From Octopus sinensis (Eukaryota), in assembly GCF_006345805.1 (NCBI RefSeq), contig NC_043016.1, positions 5,208,001-5,272,000 of the forward strand: DNA of 64,000 bases, written 5' to 3'. The translations under genes were made by a program, and so were the position numbers. This document shows positions 53,062 through 64,000 of the stretch, piece by piece. The notes under the pieces are model-generated. The model made no database searches. It saw nothing but the letters and a program-made list of their open reading frames with translations, and was not told where the DNA came from. Position 1 is the first letter of the stretch. Every line of letters begins with the position of its first letter.

Positions 53062-53095
<34 letters not shown>

Positions 53096-53907
53096 TGTAT
53101 GTATGTATGAATGTATGTATGTGTATTCTTCTGATTTTCAGTAAAAAGAAAATGTAGTCCTGATATAATTTTGCTTACTGATGACGAAATGCCGCATTCA
53201 TTCTTTCTAGAACCTAATAATAAAAAAAGTTGCAAGCCTTTACAGTTTTGTAATTCCTATCTGTAACTTTAAATGCTTGTAACTTCTTTATTATTAATTT
53301 CTAGAAAGAATAAGAAAATTTGAATAAAATTTTTAAAATTTCAATTGGTTGAAATAGGACACAGATCATTCACAATTATTTTTAACCAACTTTACGGTAT
53401 AAGCAAAATTAGCTGATAACAATTCGTGCTTCACGCTAAAATTCCTTTTAGTCTCCATAGAAATATATTTTATATATCTAGTTTTAGTTGGTGCAGGCAT
53501 ACATAGTGTAGTGAATGTTAAATACCAGATTGGAAGCAATTGTGTTGTAAGGAAGCAATTTTAATAATTTAAGCAAGCAAGGGAAGTAATTCTGGCAGTG
53601 TTTAGGTCTTATCAGACTTCCTCAGGGCCAAAATAGAGATGTGAGATTGAGAATCAATAAGTAAATGCATAATATTGTACATAAAATAGTTAAATTGGTG
53701 ATATATTTATGTCTCTCTGATTAATTAACTTTAGTAATTTGTTATTTCACGCTCTGATCGCTTATTCTCTTTTCTGAATTGATGCATTCATCTACTATAT
53801 AACTTAAATATTGTTTGTCATATTGCATTTGCAAAAGTACTTAGGAGTTACCTCCCTTTACCCTTTATATTTAATTTTATATATGTGGATGGATGGATAA
53901 GTTTCAA

Positions 53908-54138
53908 TCAGACTCGAAAGACCATGGCTCTGCTCCTGCAGAATTGTGTATCAGCTGCAGATGGTGGTGAAACGTTTGCTGTGGCTGTACGGGCCTGCAC
54001 ATGAATGGCAGTCTTGGATACAAAACTACATTTGAAGATGCTACTGAGTTTTCCTTTCTTCGAGAGCACTTTTCTTCGGTGGCAAATTTTAGTTTCGGTT
54101 TCTCTTCCTCTCATCTCCAGCATTGGCGATGCTTTAAT
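53908..54138 (-). CDS. Candidate terminal coding exon of an unidentified gene
   Basis: Strong acceptor ttattttttttttcactctgcag, then 76 sense codons (IKASPMLEMRGRE...MVFRV) and a TGA stop in non-repetitive DNA; no homology recognised. Confidence 0.25.
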   Translation of the reverse strand: MKASPMLEMRGRETETKICHRRKVLSKKGKLSSIFKCSFVSKTAIHVQARTATANVSPPSAADTQFCRSRAMVFRV

Positions 54139-56049
54139 CTGCAGAGTGAAAAAAAAAATAATGAATTTCGACTCTTATTGGGGCCCCATCAAAGGTGTTT
54201 ACAGCATTTTATCAATCCCAGAACAATAAGAAGCCAATCTGTTTATATAGACATCAAATCCAGTGACTTCAAAGACTTGGGACAATTAATTTGCATGCAA
54301 TAAGTATTAACCCTTTAACATCTAAACTGGTCATATCTGGTCCAAATATCCTACCTGTTTTATGTTCAATCTGGCCAGATCTGGCCTTTTACATATACCC
54401 TAAAATGCTATTCTAAACTAAACAATCACATCATTGAAATCTCAAAGCCACGAGATAATGTATAATTAATTGAAAACAATGTGAATGAATAAGCATTACA
54501 TTTGACAGAGAAATATGAGTGCTAAACAGTTAAACACTATTCAACAGCAGTGACCTGTCGTTGGAGATCTCAGTCTCAAAGTATGTTATAATATGTAAAC
54601 ATTCATAGTAGACATATAAACATGGCAAACTTCACTATTTCTCCATAGTTTGAAAACATTCTGAGCAGCCTTAATTGGAAAGAGCTAAGAAATTAGCAAC
54701 GAATTTCAGAGATATTAGCAACACATTTAAGGTAAAATAGCTATAATTTGCTGGCAATTTCTGTTACGAAGAACTTTACCATCAACTCTACAGTACATAG
54801 ACTTCTACTGTTAGACTTGACAAAAAATATATATATATAAATAAAATGTTATTTAACAATTTGTTCAGTGTTGTGGGGTATTTGGGAATACTAACTATTA
54901 ACTTTTTGAATCAAATTGAATTGACACCTCAAATATTGATGAGATAATTAAGGAGTTTCTACATAACTACTCGGCCTCTTTGGTACCGAAATAAATTTTC
55001 TACTGTCTTTGAGGTATGAATCTAATATTTTCAGTTCAAACTATCCCGAGGGAGCGAACAGAAGGCCAAACTGGTTGGTGATGCCAGACAACAGAAAACT
55101 GAGTTGCTAAAATGAAGTTGAGAGTTTTCTGTCCAGAAAAGGATGGAAAATCGACGGCGGACGGCAGTAGAAGCAGCAGTAACAACAGTGGGTTCCAGAT
55201 GTGTAAACTTTGACTACTGTTAAGACTGTTCCCAGAGCATAACTCCAGGAATAGTCAGAGGAAGCAAAGGAAATCACCTCGAATTCGATACCAGCAGCAG
55301 CAGTGCGGAGAACCACTATGGTTGAGAAATCAGGTCTTCTTCTCAAAGCAGGACTGGCCAATAGCTACGAACAATAATACTAATCATCGTCTGCTGAGAT
55401 TGGAATGAACCAAGACAGAAGCAGGGGCCTATTAAAAGAAACAGCACAATCTAGAGATCCTACTTACACAGCAGACTACAAGCATAAACACACATTTAAC
55501 TATTTAGGCGTTTTCCCTCTACCACAGATTATTTTTCAGACTCAAGAAATCAATTTGATAGAATCACCAGAATGGATCCTTGTCAAGAGGAAGAGAAAAA
55601 AATAAAATAGGAAATAAAAAACGAACAGTTTAGGTGAGGAGAGGAGACTTACAAACCGACAAACAATCACACGCTCACTTCACCAAAACCAATACAGCCC
55701 AATGCACACCAACAAGAATAACATCTCCAAACCGATCAAACAAAAAGCGACATCAGACGGCCTTAGACACAAACAATAAAGATTTAAAACATAGACATCG
55801 GCACACAAACATTACTCACAGCCACAACATCTCACTACCATATAACATCTAATACCATATACCATCTAATTTTAACTCACGTTAAAATTAGAAAGAAACA
55901 TAACAGACTGAAAGCAAAATATAGTAAACTAATGGGAGATATCCGAGGAAATATTACTAAAAGTCTTTATAAAGAACTTCTTGTAGAAACACACATACAC
56001 ACACACACACAAATTGCCGAAAAAATAGAGCATCTGTCCTTCCACAGAA

Positions 56050-56810
56050 GTAGTGAAAGCGGTCTTTCTCGCATTTCTTCCTCGTGATGAACATAGTCAT
56101 ATCAAAATAAGCAACGCATGTGGAACGGGATTGCCTTGTAACAAAAGTGATTTACTCTGTCGTTGTGTGAGATGTTTTCATTTTGCCTCATTTAGGTTTA
56201 AATACCCCAATATCGGCTCCACAAGGCCTTTTCGTTCCAGTGGTCACATGACCTCGTAATTAAATGAACCTGTTGTTTGTATTGGTCGGCTTCCAGCTGT
56301 CCAATCGCGTTGGTGCAACAGTTTATTTTTCCTTACGCGGGAAATTAATCACCAGTTTCTGGGAGTTCACTACTCCCTATAAATACAGCAGTTCTCGGAT
56401 GTTCTAGGTCTTTGCCACCTGCCACTGACCACACGCGCAACACGTCTCCAGCAACGATGTATCTGACACCAGCCAGCATTCGTTTTCATCTTCACCAGAT
56501 TCCTGTCTACATCATTGCTGTATGAAGACCGCAGACCAACGGCTGTCTCTACACACAACCAACAGTACGTCAACTATGTCTTCAACATAAACAGTCCAGC
56601 CAAACCACGAAGTTCTCTCACACATCTTTGTTGTAACCTGTTATGTTAATTCATGTATGGCAATCATTGTATTTTATAACGAAGAATAAAACGTCGCTTG
56701 CCAGTTCATTTCATCTCAAGATATATATTCCATCTTCACATTTTTCTCACACCCATCTTCGTTATAGTCTTGATAAGCAGGACCACCACCGGCTCAATGA
56801 TCTCACATAA
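56050..56810 (+). mobile_element. Solo LTR-like or promoter-like island
   Basis: E-box palindrome ggtcacatgacc (56242), ATTGG (56281), CCAAT (56301), TATAAATA (56378), AATAAA (56685), ends ...ctcaca; no target duplication or primer-binding site found. Confidence 0.4.
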
Positions 56811-56944
56811 CTAAATAGAGATGTGGTGACTATCTGCGAGACGAGAATTTCCCAGACAAGGACCATTGCGCCTATCTTTGGCTGCTACTAGTTCTACGCT
56901 TCGCCAATTCTTCCGGGAATGGGCAGTGGGATTGTATATGTAAA

Positions 56945-56975
<31 letters not shown>

Positions 56976-57066
56976 GCGCGCGCGCGCGTGTATGTACATA
57001 CTTGAGTATCTATACAGATATATATTTATATATATACATACACATACATACACGCATGCATACATG

Positions 57067-57126
<60 letters not shown>

Positions 57127-57262
57127 CAAAGTATGGGGGTTTAGTTCACAGGTAATCTAAACGATTAGGTACGCTAGGTAAGTGCTGTAACGGATTACTA
57201 GGGCTCCAAGGTTATAGCCGAGTTGGTAGTTATGGTGCCATTGTAGATTTCCCATATAACAA

Positions 57263-57471
57263 ATATATAATTGTTAAAGAGGACAACAGGCGTTAAAGCA
57301 AGGCAAAAATCTCGTATACATTATTGTTATTGAAAAAATTTCAAAGTCTTACAGCTGGGATACCCCGGAAACAGCTGTAAGACTTAGAATTTTTTCCAAT
57401 AGTAATAATGTATATGACTTGAGATGTCTTTTTTTGCCTTAACGTTTGTTGTCCTCTTTAATAATTACATA
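57263..57471. repeat. Fold-back with about 95-bp arms and a hammerhead 3' half (GAAAC-AGCT-GTA) at the loop
   Basis: aaagaggacaac..gtcttacagctg / cagctgtaagac..gttgtcctcttt. Confidence 0.85.
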
Positions 57472-58500
57472 TTAGGTCGTCAAGTATGAAATTTGTAGAA
57501 AAGAAAAAAGTTTGCTAATGTTTTATAAGGAATAGTTTTATTCATCAAAGTATGCAACCATACTGTCAATACACTTTTGCCATTTCAGCGGTAGCTTGCC
57601 TAGCCCGGAACTGTAAAAACTTGGCAAGCTTGGAAGGCCTGTTTTACAGCATAGTTGGAATTAAATTTTTCCCAATCAAAAAGTTATCCAAATTCTGGAA
57701 GAAGTGGTAGTCAGTGGGGGTAAGATCAGGTGAGTATGGTGGATGACGGAGAACTTCCAACTCCAACTCCTGTAGTTTTTGCCAATGTCATTTTTGCGAC
57801 GTGTGGTCTGGCGTTGTCTTGCAATATAATAGGAGTGGATCTGTTTGACTAATTTAGGCTGTGTTTTTGTAAGTTTCTGCATCATTTGGTCCAGTTGGCT
57901 GTGATTGATGAGCCGGGTTAAATGAAATCATAATGGCTCACACCTGCGCCAGACCACCAAACACACACCATCAGCTTCTTTTGATGAATTTTGCTTTTTG
58001 GACTGTGTTTTGGTGGCTCGCCTTTGTCCAGCCGTTGCGCTGAACGTTGTTGTATTGGATCCATTTCTCATCGCATGTTACAATTCAATTAAAAAATGAT
58101 TCATTTTCGACGAGAAAGTAGCATATTGCAGGTTTCCAAATATTACTGTTTCTGATTTTCATTGAGTTTATGCTAACACCAAACAACAACGATAATTCAC
58201 GGGAACTTTGAGATGGATCTGACTCGATGTGGCTTTCAGTTCGTCATTATCTGCTTTTGTTTCTGGTCGACCGCATTGCTCATTTGTGACGTCAAAGTTA
58301 CCAGAACGAAATTTTGCAAACTAATTTGATACTCTCTGCTGTGTAATAACATTAGAATGAAATACCCCATTAATATTCCGAGGTGTCTGTGTTACTGTAT
58401 TTCCAAGAAAGAACTCATATTTCAAAAGAGTACGAATTTCCGACTTATCCATATTTGCGTGAGAGTGTACTTATAATGTATGGTGATGACAAGCATTGTT
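57472..58500 (-). mobile_element. Degraded near full-length mariner transposase (ORF remnant 57538-58452)
   Basis: MDKSEIRTLLKYEFFLGNT..FAKFRSGNFD..GRPE; LQDNARPH; LRHPPYSPDLTPTDYHFF; many stops and frameshifts. Confidence 0.9.
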
Positions 58501-58599
58501 TTCCTATTTGTTCTCCTATATCTCACATGTCTTCAAAGAAGACTTGACACAATCCTTAAATCATAGTCTTGGTTTCTGCTGGGTGTGGTTTCCACAAAC

Positions 58600-59125
58600 A
58601 AGTTCTCCCTCCTTGTATCGTTTGCTGAGGAATGCACCGATCATTCATCCGAACAAACTATCCACTCCAACGTAAACGGTACTCATACACAATTGCTTCA
58701 ATATTCGGCATGTTAGCTTCCCTCGAGATTTCTGCGTCTCGAATTCGCATACACCAGCCAACATCCAGAATGTCTCAGTCTCTGTTGCTCATACAGTTAA
58801 AGATATGCAAAATCTCACGGACCATATTTCTGCATCTTGCAAGGTATTTTGACACAGTATTAGCCTGGACAAAACTGTTGTAATGTCCCAGCCTACACCA
58901 AGAATCTCATATGTGAAACCATTTATCTCAGTTGAACGAACAGTACTGAAAATGGTAGACAAGTTTGTCAACCTGAGCAGCACGCACAACCGTTCTTACT
59001 CTCCGAATGATGAAATATATTTAAGGCTTCAGAAGGCAACTGATTCCTTCAAGGCTCTTGAGTCTCGTATCTGGCCCCAATATAGCATCACAAGGTGAAA
59101 CAAAAGTTGCTGTGTACCGTGTGTA
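58600..59125 (+). mobile_element. RTE (BovB-like) RT fragment
   Basis: LVAHTVKDMQNLTDHISASCKVF*HSISLDKTVVMSQP..VDKFVNLSST..DEIYLRLQKATDSFKALESRIW. Confidence 0.8.
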
Positions 59126-61044
59126 AGTGCGTGAAATATGTATTTATATGTGTATGTACTTATGTATGTCATTATTCAGTTTTATTTCAATATTTCTTGC
59201 CAATAGAGAAAGAGCTGGTTTTTAAGCAAGATCCAAGGTTTCTTCATTGGAATTTCAACATCAACAAGAGTGTATTTTTGTTTTTATGTATGTATGTATG
59301 TATGCATTTTTACAGTTCCAGTGTGGATTGGATCTGTAGTCTTCTAATTAGCTTTCTCTTTCCTTGTTTTAAGAAACCTAATTTCTCAAGATTGGTATTT
59401 ACGCAGTGTTACATATCTCAGGACCCCAATAATTACAGGTATAAACCTGCACTTGTAATCTGGATAGAGTAACTGGAGATTTCTCAATAGTTCAGCGTAG
59501 GTGTTCTCTTCTTCATTGATCTTCAGCTTTGTTAACATCCCCTGGGCAGCTAATTTCCACAACTGTACACAGTTTCTCTTCTCTATTTCAAATCATTATA
59601 TCAAGTCTATTGTGCTTACATTTAATATCAATTCAAATCAGTTCAAGTTATGTATGCATGCTTGTATGTATGCATGTATATATATATATATATATATATA
59701 TACGTGTGTGTTTGTGTACACACACACACACACAAACACACACTCCTTCCGACTGTTTTGGAGTACCTGATACATGGATTTCTATCCCTTAGATTACATT
59801 ACCTCTTAATTCATTTGGAGTCATTTCTGCACCTTTGATTGTGAATCATATCCATACATACATATATATACACGTATACATAGCATATACTTACAACATA
59901 CAAATGAGCGTATCTATATCGTTGCGTTTATACTCGCACACACACACACACACACACACCCAATTAGATACCTATACACACTGAAATATGACTTTAAATC
60001 AATTCAAGTTATAATGCTAACAAACTCCAATGGCCCAACAGAGTGTCATCTTGCATCATTCAATCTGAATAACGTTGAATGATGTTAACTATGGCGATTG
60101 ATAATAATGATGTTGATGTTGCTGGCGGTAATGTCTGGGATGCTGTTGTTGTTGTTGTTTGTGGTGGTGGGGGGGTGCATATTTTCTAAGTTATGTTGTA
60201 GAAATCACAAAAATGATATTGACAACGCAAACGACTAGGAAAAAAGAGGAGGATGAGAAAGAAAGTAATGATGACATTAGCAAAAAGAAGTGATGATGAC
60301 CTTGATATTGGTGGTGGTGGTGGTATTTGTGATGATAATGGTGATAATGACGGTCACAGCAACTGTGTCGAAGATGCAGACGGTTATCAGTCTTAGAAAA
60401 AATAGCGACGCTTACGACATCGACGATAATAAAAAACGGCGGCGACGGTAGTGGTGGTGACAATGACGACGAGACGACAAAGATGATGATGATGACGATG
60501 ATTTTATTTTAAAACAATAAAGCAATTGTGTATGTATCAAAACCATACACAGCAAAGAGTGAGAGAGAGATGGGGGAGATGACATCTGTTAAAGATAGAG
60601 CATTATAAATAAACCATGGAAACTTTAAAAAAAGACATCACATGATAGAATTTAGAAAGAGATTGTTCCATATTGTTGTGAACATAAAAATGTAAAAGAA
60701 ACTTGGGTGGAACCCCACACCCAAAGAATGAAATGTACCTCCTGATTCATGTCTGGATATATTAAGACCTATATCAGTTGTTGTGTTCAGTGATATTATT
60801 CCGAGTACTCTTTTTTTCTTTTGTCTGGATTTCTGGAAAAAAAAATGTGTGTTTGATAAGAGATTTCTACAACGACAACCACTTGTTTGGCGCACTACGT
60901 TTCTAATAAGACGAGAATGACAAAGAGAATTTGCATGCGCTGTGTATGTGTGTGTATGTACATGTACGTTTATATATGTACGTGTGCGCGTGCATGTGTG
61001 TACGTGTGTGTATATGTGCGTACACACACACACACACGTACATA

Positions 61045-61273
61045 AACACACATGCACACACACACACGACGGGCTTCAACACAATTTCCGTCTACTTAGT
61101 TCACTTACACAAGCCATTTGTTGGCTCGCGAGGGGCGGTGGGTGCACAATGGAAGACATTTGACCAGAGTACCCAGCTGTAGGACGAAGATGGGAAAGCA
61201 TGTGGTTGCGGAGCGAAATTCTTAACCACTTTGACTTGTGTGTGAGTGCATGTTTGTATGCTTGTGCGTATGT

Positions 61274-61323
<50 letters not shown>

Positions 61324-61575
61324 GCACACGCACACACACACACACACACACATATGTATGTATATGTGTGTATGTATCTGTGTTTGTCCCCTACAATCGA
61401 TTGACAACCGATGATGGTGTATTTACGTCTCCCGTAACTTAGCGGTTCGGCAGAATAGACCGATAGAATAAGTGTTAAGCTTACAAACAATAAATCATTG
61501 GGTCGATACATCCGACTAAAGGTGGTGCTTCCGCATGGCCGCAGTCAAATGACTGAAACAAATAAAAGAATATAA
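61045..61575. mobile_element. SINE A head (minus) and tail (plus) separated by microsatellite
   Basis: Head reversed at about 61045-61235; tail forward at 61375-61575. Confidence 0.65.
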
Positions 61576-62439
61576 GAAAGGGTATGTGTGTGTATATACG
61601 CTCGTCGTCGTAATGGAACAATTACTTGTTCGATGGACTGACGGAAGAGAACACTCGACACGATCCCCAGAATTTATATTTGTTTGGACAGTTTTACTCA
61701 GAATCTTTCGGTTCCGTACGACAAGACTTTTACGCCTCTCAATACGACTGGTTTTCTGAGGAACAGAGTTTGTTTCCATTGACTGATTGGTATCATACAT
61801 CTGTAAATTGATACTGGACGGACTCTCATTGGCTGTCGCTACTGAAATCGATAGCAATAAGTTGATATTAAACGGGAGGAAACTTTAGCACGTTATGCAG
61901 AAGTAATCTCCCTTGTTTCAGTCAGATTCTGGTGTAAATATTTCTTATTTCAAGCTACTTCCTGATAATATAAAATCGACTTCAGATTGCCGGGAAGATA
62001 ACCTGAAACCGGTTTCAAATTTTAAGACTTACAACTCCTGATATTTTTATAACATTAAACACGGATTACATTCAAGATCTTAAGATAATTTTAAAATATG
62101 AAAATGAAACAAAAATATTGGATTTTTTAAAACACTTTTCTGTTGCGCTGAAAAATCGTGTTTGCAATTTCTTTTAGATAATTTTTTTAATGAGAAACTT
62201 TTTTCAATAGATATGTAGCAGATGGATGTTTTTTGAACATGAAGATAAATGTAACGATAAGAGATTGAATTGAAGAACGATATGCGTTTTAAGTACAAAC
62301 CGAAATTTATTTATACACTTTAAATTGGTAACGAAATGAATTTAAATACATTAAAACATCACTTTTTATTTAAATATATTAAAATATCCCTTTTTTTTCT
62401 TTTAGTTTGGAGCTTGGGTATCTTGAATTTTTTAATTTG

Positions 62440-62945
62440 TTTATCGTTTTTTTACTTGCTGGTGGTTGCTCAATATATCGAGTGAGTTTGGTAGCATTTA
62501 TTTTATTTTCTAGTGCTTTATCGTGATTTGAAAGTTGGTAGGTATTTTTGCCACAAACTTTTGCAACAGTGTAAAGACTCGCTGCGTCGTTCCGTAAAAT
62601 ATCCTCCCTTTCTATCCTCTCGAATAAGGTTTTTGAGCAGAACTTGCTTTTGCTCGTGTTTTCTATCGCATTTGTTTGTTTTTATTTTTGTTTTTCAATG
62701 GACTGAGCTGTTCTAATATTGGAGCTAACTCGAGAAATCATACTGTCCTGAATAGCTGACATAATATCAATTTTTCTGGATTTAGATTGGTCATTTCCAA
62801 AACTGTCCCGATCTTTGGCAGTTGGGTTGTACTGTAATTCAACTGGAAGTATGGCTTGCCTGTTGTAAAAAATTTGAAATGGGGTAAAATGTGTAGAAGA
62901 ATTTTTGTTGTTCGATACGCAAACAGAACTGATGGTAAGCATTAT
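62440..62945 (-). pseudogene. Ginger/Gypsy-type integrase C-terminal fragment with GPY/F-like domain
   Basis: LPSVLFAYRTTK-NSSTHFTPFQIFYNRQAILPVEL..NIRTAQ..VLLKNLIREDRKGG..YTVAKVCGKNTYQL..KINATKLTRY; frameshifted. Confidence 0.75.
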
Positions 62946-63229
62946 AAAAATAAGATCACGCTGGGTCGTACCGTATATGAGACGTTCGCACGCGATCCCA
63001 TTCTTAATTTATTTACTGACTATATAATACATGCAGCGGCAATACACATAAGTTTGGAATGACAACAAGATTTCTTTTTAAGATATATACATTATTTATT
63101 TTACATATTTTACAATCATGCTTGATGTTGGAAGTTTGTAAGTGTTAGCATGTTTTTGTGTCTGTGTGTTCGTTAGGCGTAAAAAGGTACTGACCCGTGA
63201 AATTACGATGGGATTTGATTCGCAGTTCA

Positions 63230-64000
63230 TGTTGTTGGTATCGGCCTGGCAACAGGTAATAACAGATGGCTTAAGGTAGTTCTTAGAAGAAACTAGAACC
63301 CAAGAACAGATAATTGATTTACCGTTTATGAGGTACAGCGTAAGAATTCCATATCAAGATATTGCGTATCGCAGTTGAGATTAATTGAATCACTCGTTGT
63401 GTTTATCTTTCTCTTGATATGAACATACTTCCAGACATGTTACTGTAGCCGTTTTTTCCGTGGCGAGAATTTCACCTAACCGCTATAGCTGAATCTGTAG
63501 TCGTCTTGTGTACAAATTAAATCTTCGATGTTTGGCGCTTGGTTTTCGCTGCGTCTTCATCATATGTTCTGCTTGGTTATTTTTCTCTAGTTATAGATAT
63601 CCTGTAACCGTTCTTCATGGTGATATTTCACACTAACAGTATAAGAGGTATCTGTAACATCTTGTATTAATGGTGGTCGCCTGCCTTTCGAACTGGAACT
63701 TGGTCGAGTATGCTCTGTGTGGTCAGAGACTTAGCTCTTAAAAGAACTAAAAGCCTAAGACGAGCTCTGTGTGGTCAGAGGTTCGCCCTGAGAAGGACTG
63801 GAAACCTAAGACGAATATTTGTCTGAGAAACCTTCTTTTATAAGCTTCACCAGGCTCCCAGTGAACTTCAGAAATGGAAAGCTGTGATTGGCTGCTTGGA
63901 ACTATGGCGCGAAAATAAGTCGAGACAATTCGCGTCACGTGTCAATCAGTGGCGGACTTCGGAGGGACCCTCGTGTCACATGTCACCCAGTGGCGCGAAA
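63230..64000 (-). promoter_or_regulatory. CpG-rich promoter or LTR U3-like region firing leftwards; runs off the window end
   Basis: Two tggcgcgaaa E2F-type sites (63905, 63991), CACGTG (63936), CCAAT on the minus strand (63887), TATAAAAG on the minus strand (about 63835-63842), and a 53-bp-period direct repeat gctctgtgtggtcagag downstream. Confidence 0.45.

Noticed and set aside
55040-55970. Complex A-rich stretch that might be LINE ORF1 or a Penelope N-terminus
   Set aside because: No diagnostic motif found and many stops; left unassigned pending a profile search.
62010-62025. gaaaccggtttc palindrome resembling a hammerhead stem III
   Set aside because: No correctly spaced CUGANGA and no stem I pairing on either strand.

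Overview
This is AT-rich, microsatellite-saturated, gene-poor animal DNA. Its SINE/LINE/MITE repertoire suggests an octopod cephalopod (Octopus-like); that assignment is an inference from repeat style, not from a marker gene. No intact protein-coding gene, rRNA, true tRNA gene or CRISPR array is supported, and most listed ORFs are microsatellite translations. Recognisable protein remnants are all transposon pseudogenes: RTE LINEs (six fragments, one with an inverted 5' half and one with a PHD-like finger inside the RT), two R4/Dong-type LINEs ending in (TAA)n, a Tx1-like 3' end, two mariners, a maT/DD37D-like element and a Ginger/Gypsy integrase tail. The main result is about 16 intact, variant or partial minimal type I hammerhead ribozyme motifs from about 7 repeat families of Penelope pseudo-LTR/retrozyme type. 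Three stand out: a repeated composite of tRNA-like Pol III head, (AAT)n, hammerhead and inverted tail; a 363-bp tandem/inverted array whose hammerhead carries a compensatory U3-A8 core pair; and a 478-bp repeat with a canonical CUGACGA/GAAA/GUC hammerhead. Ribozyme structures were folded by eye, and many element boundaries are approximate.
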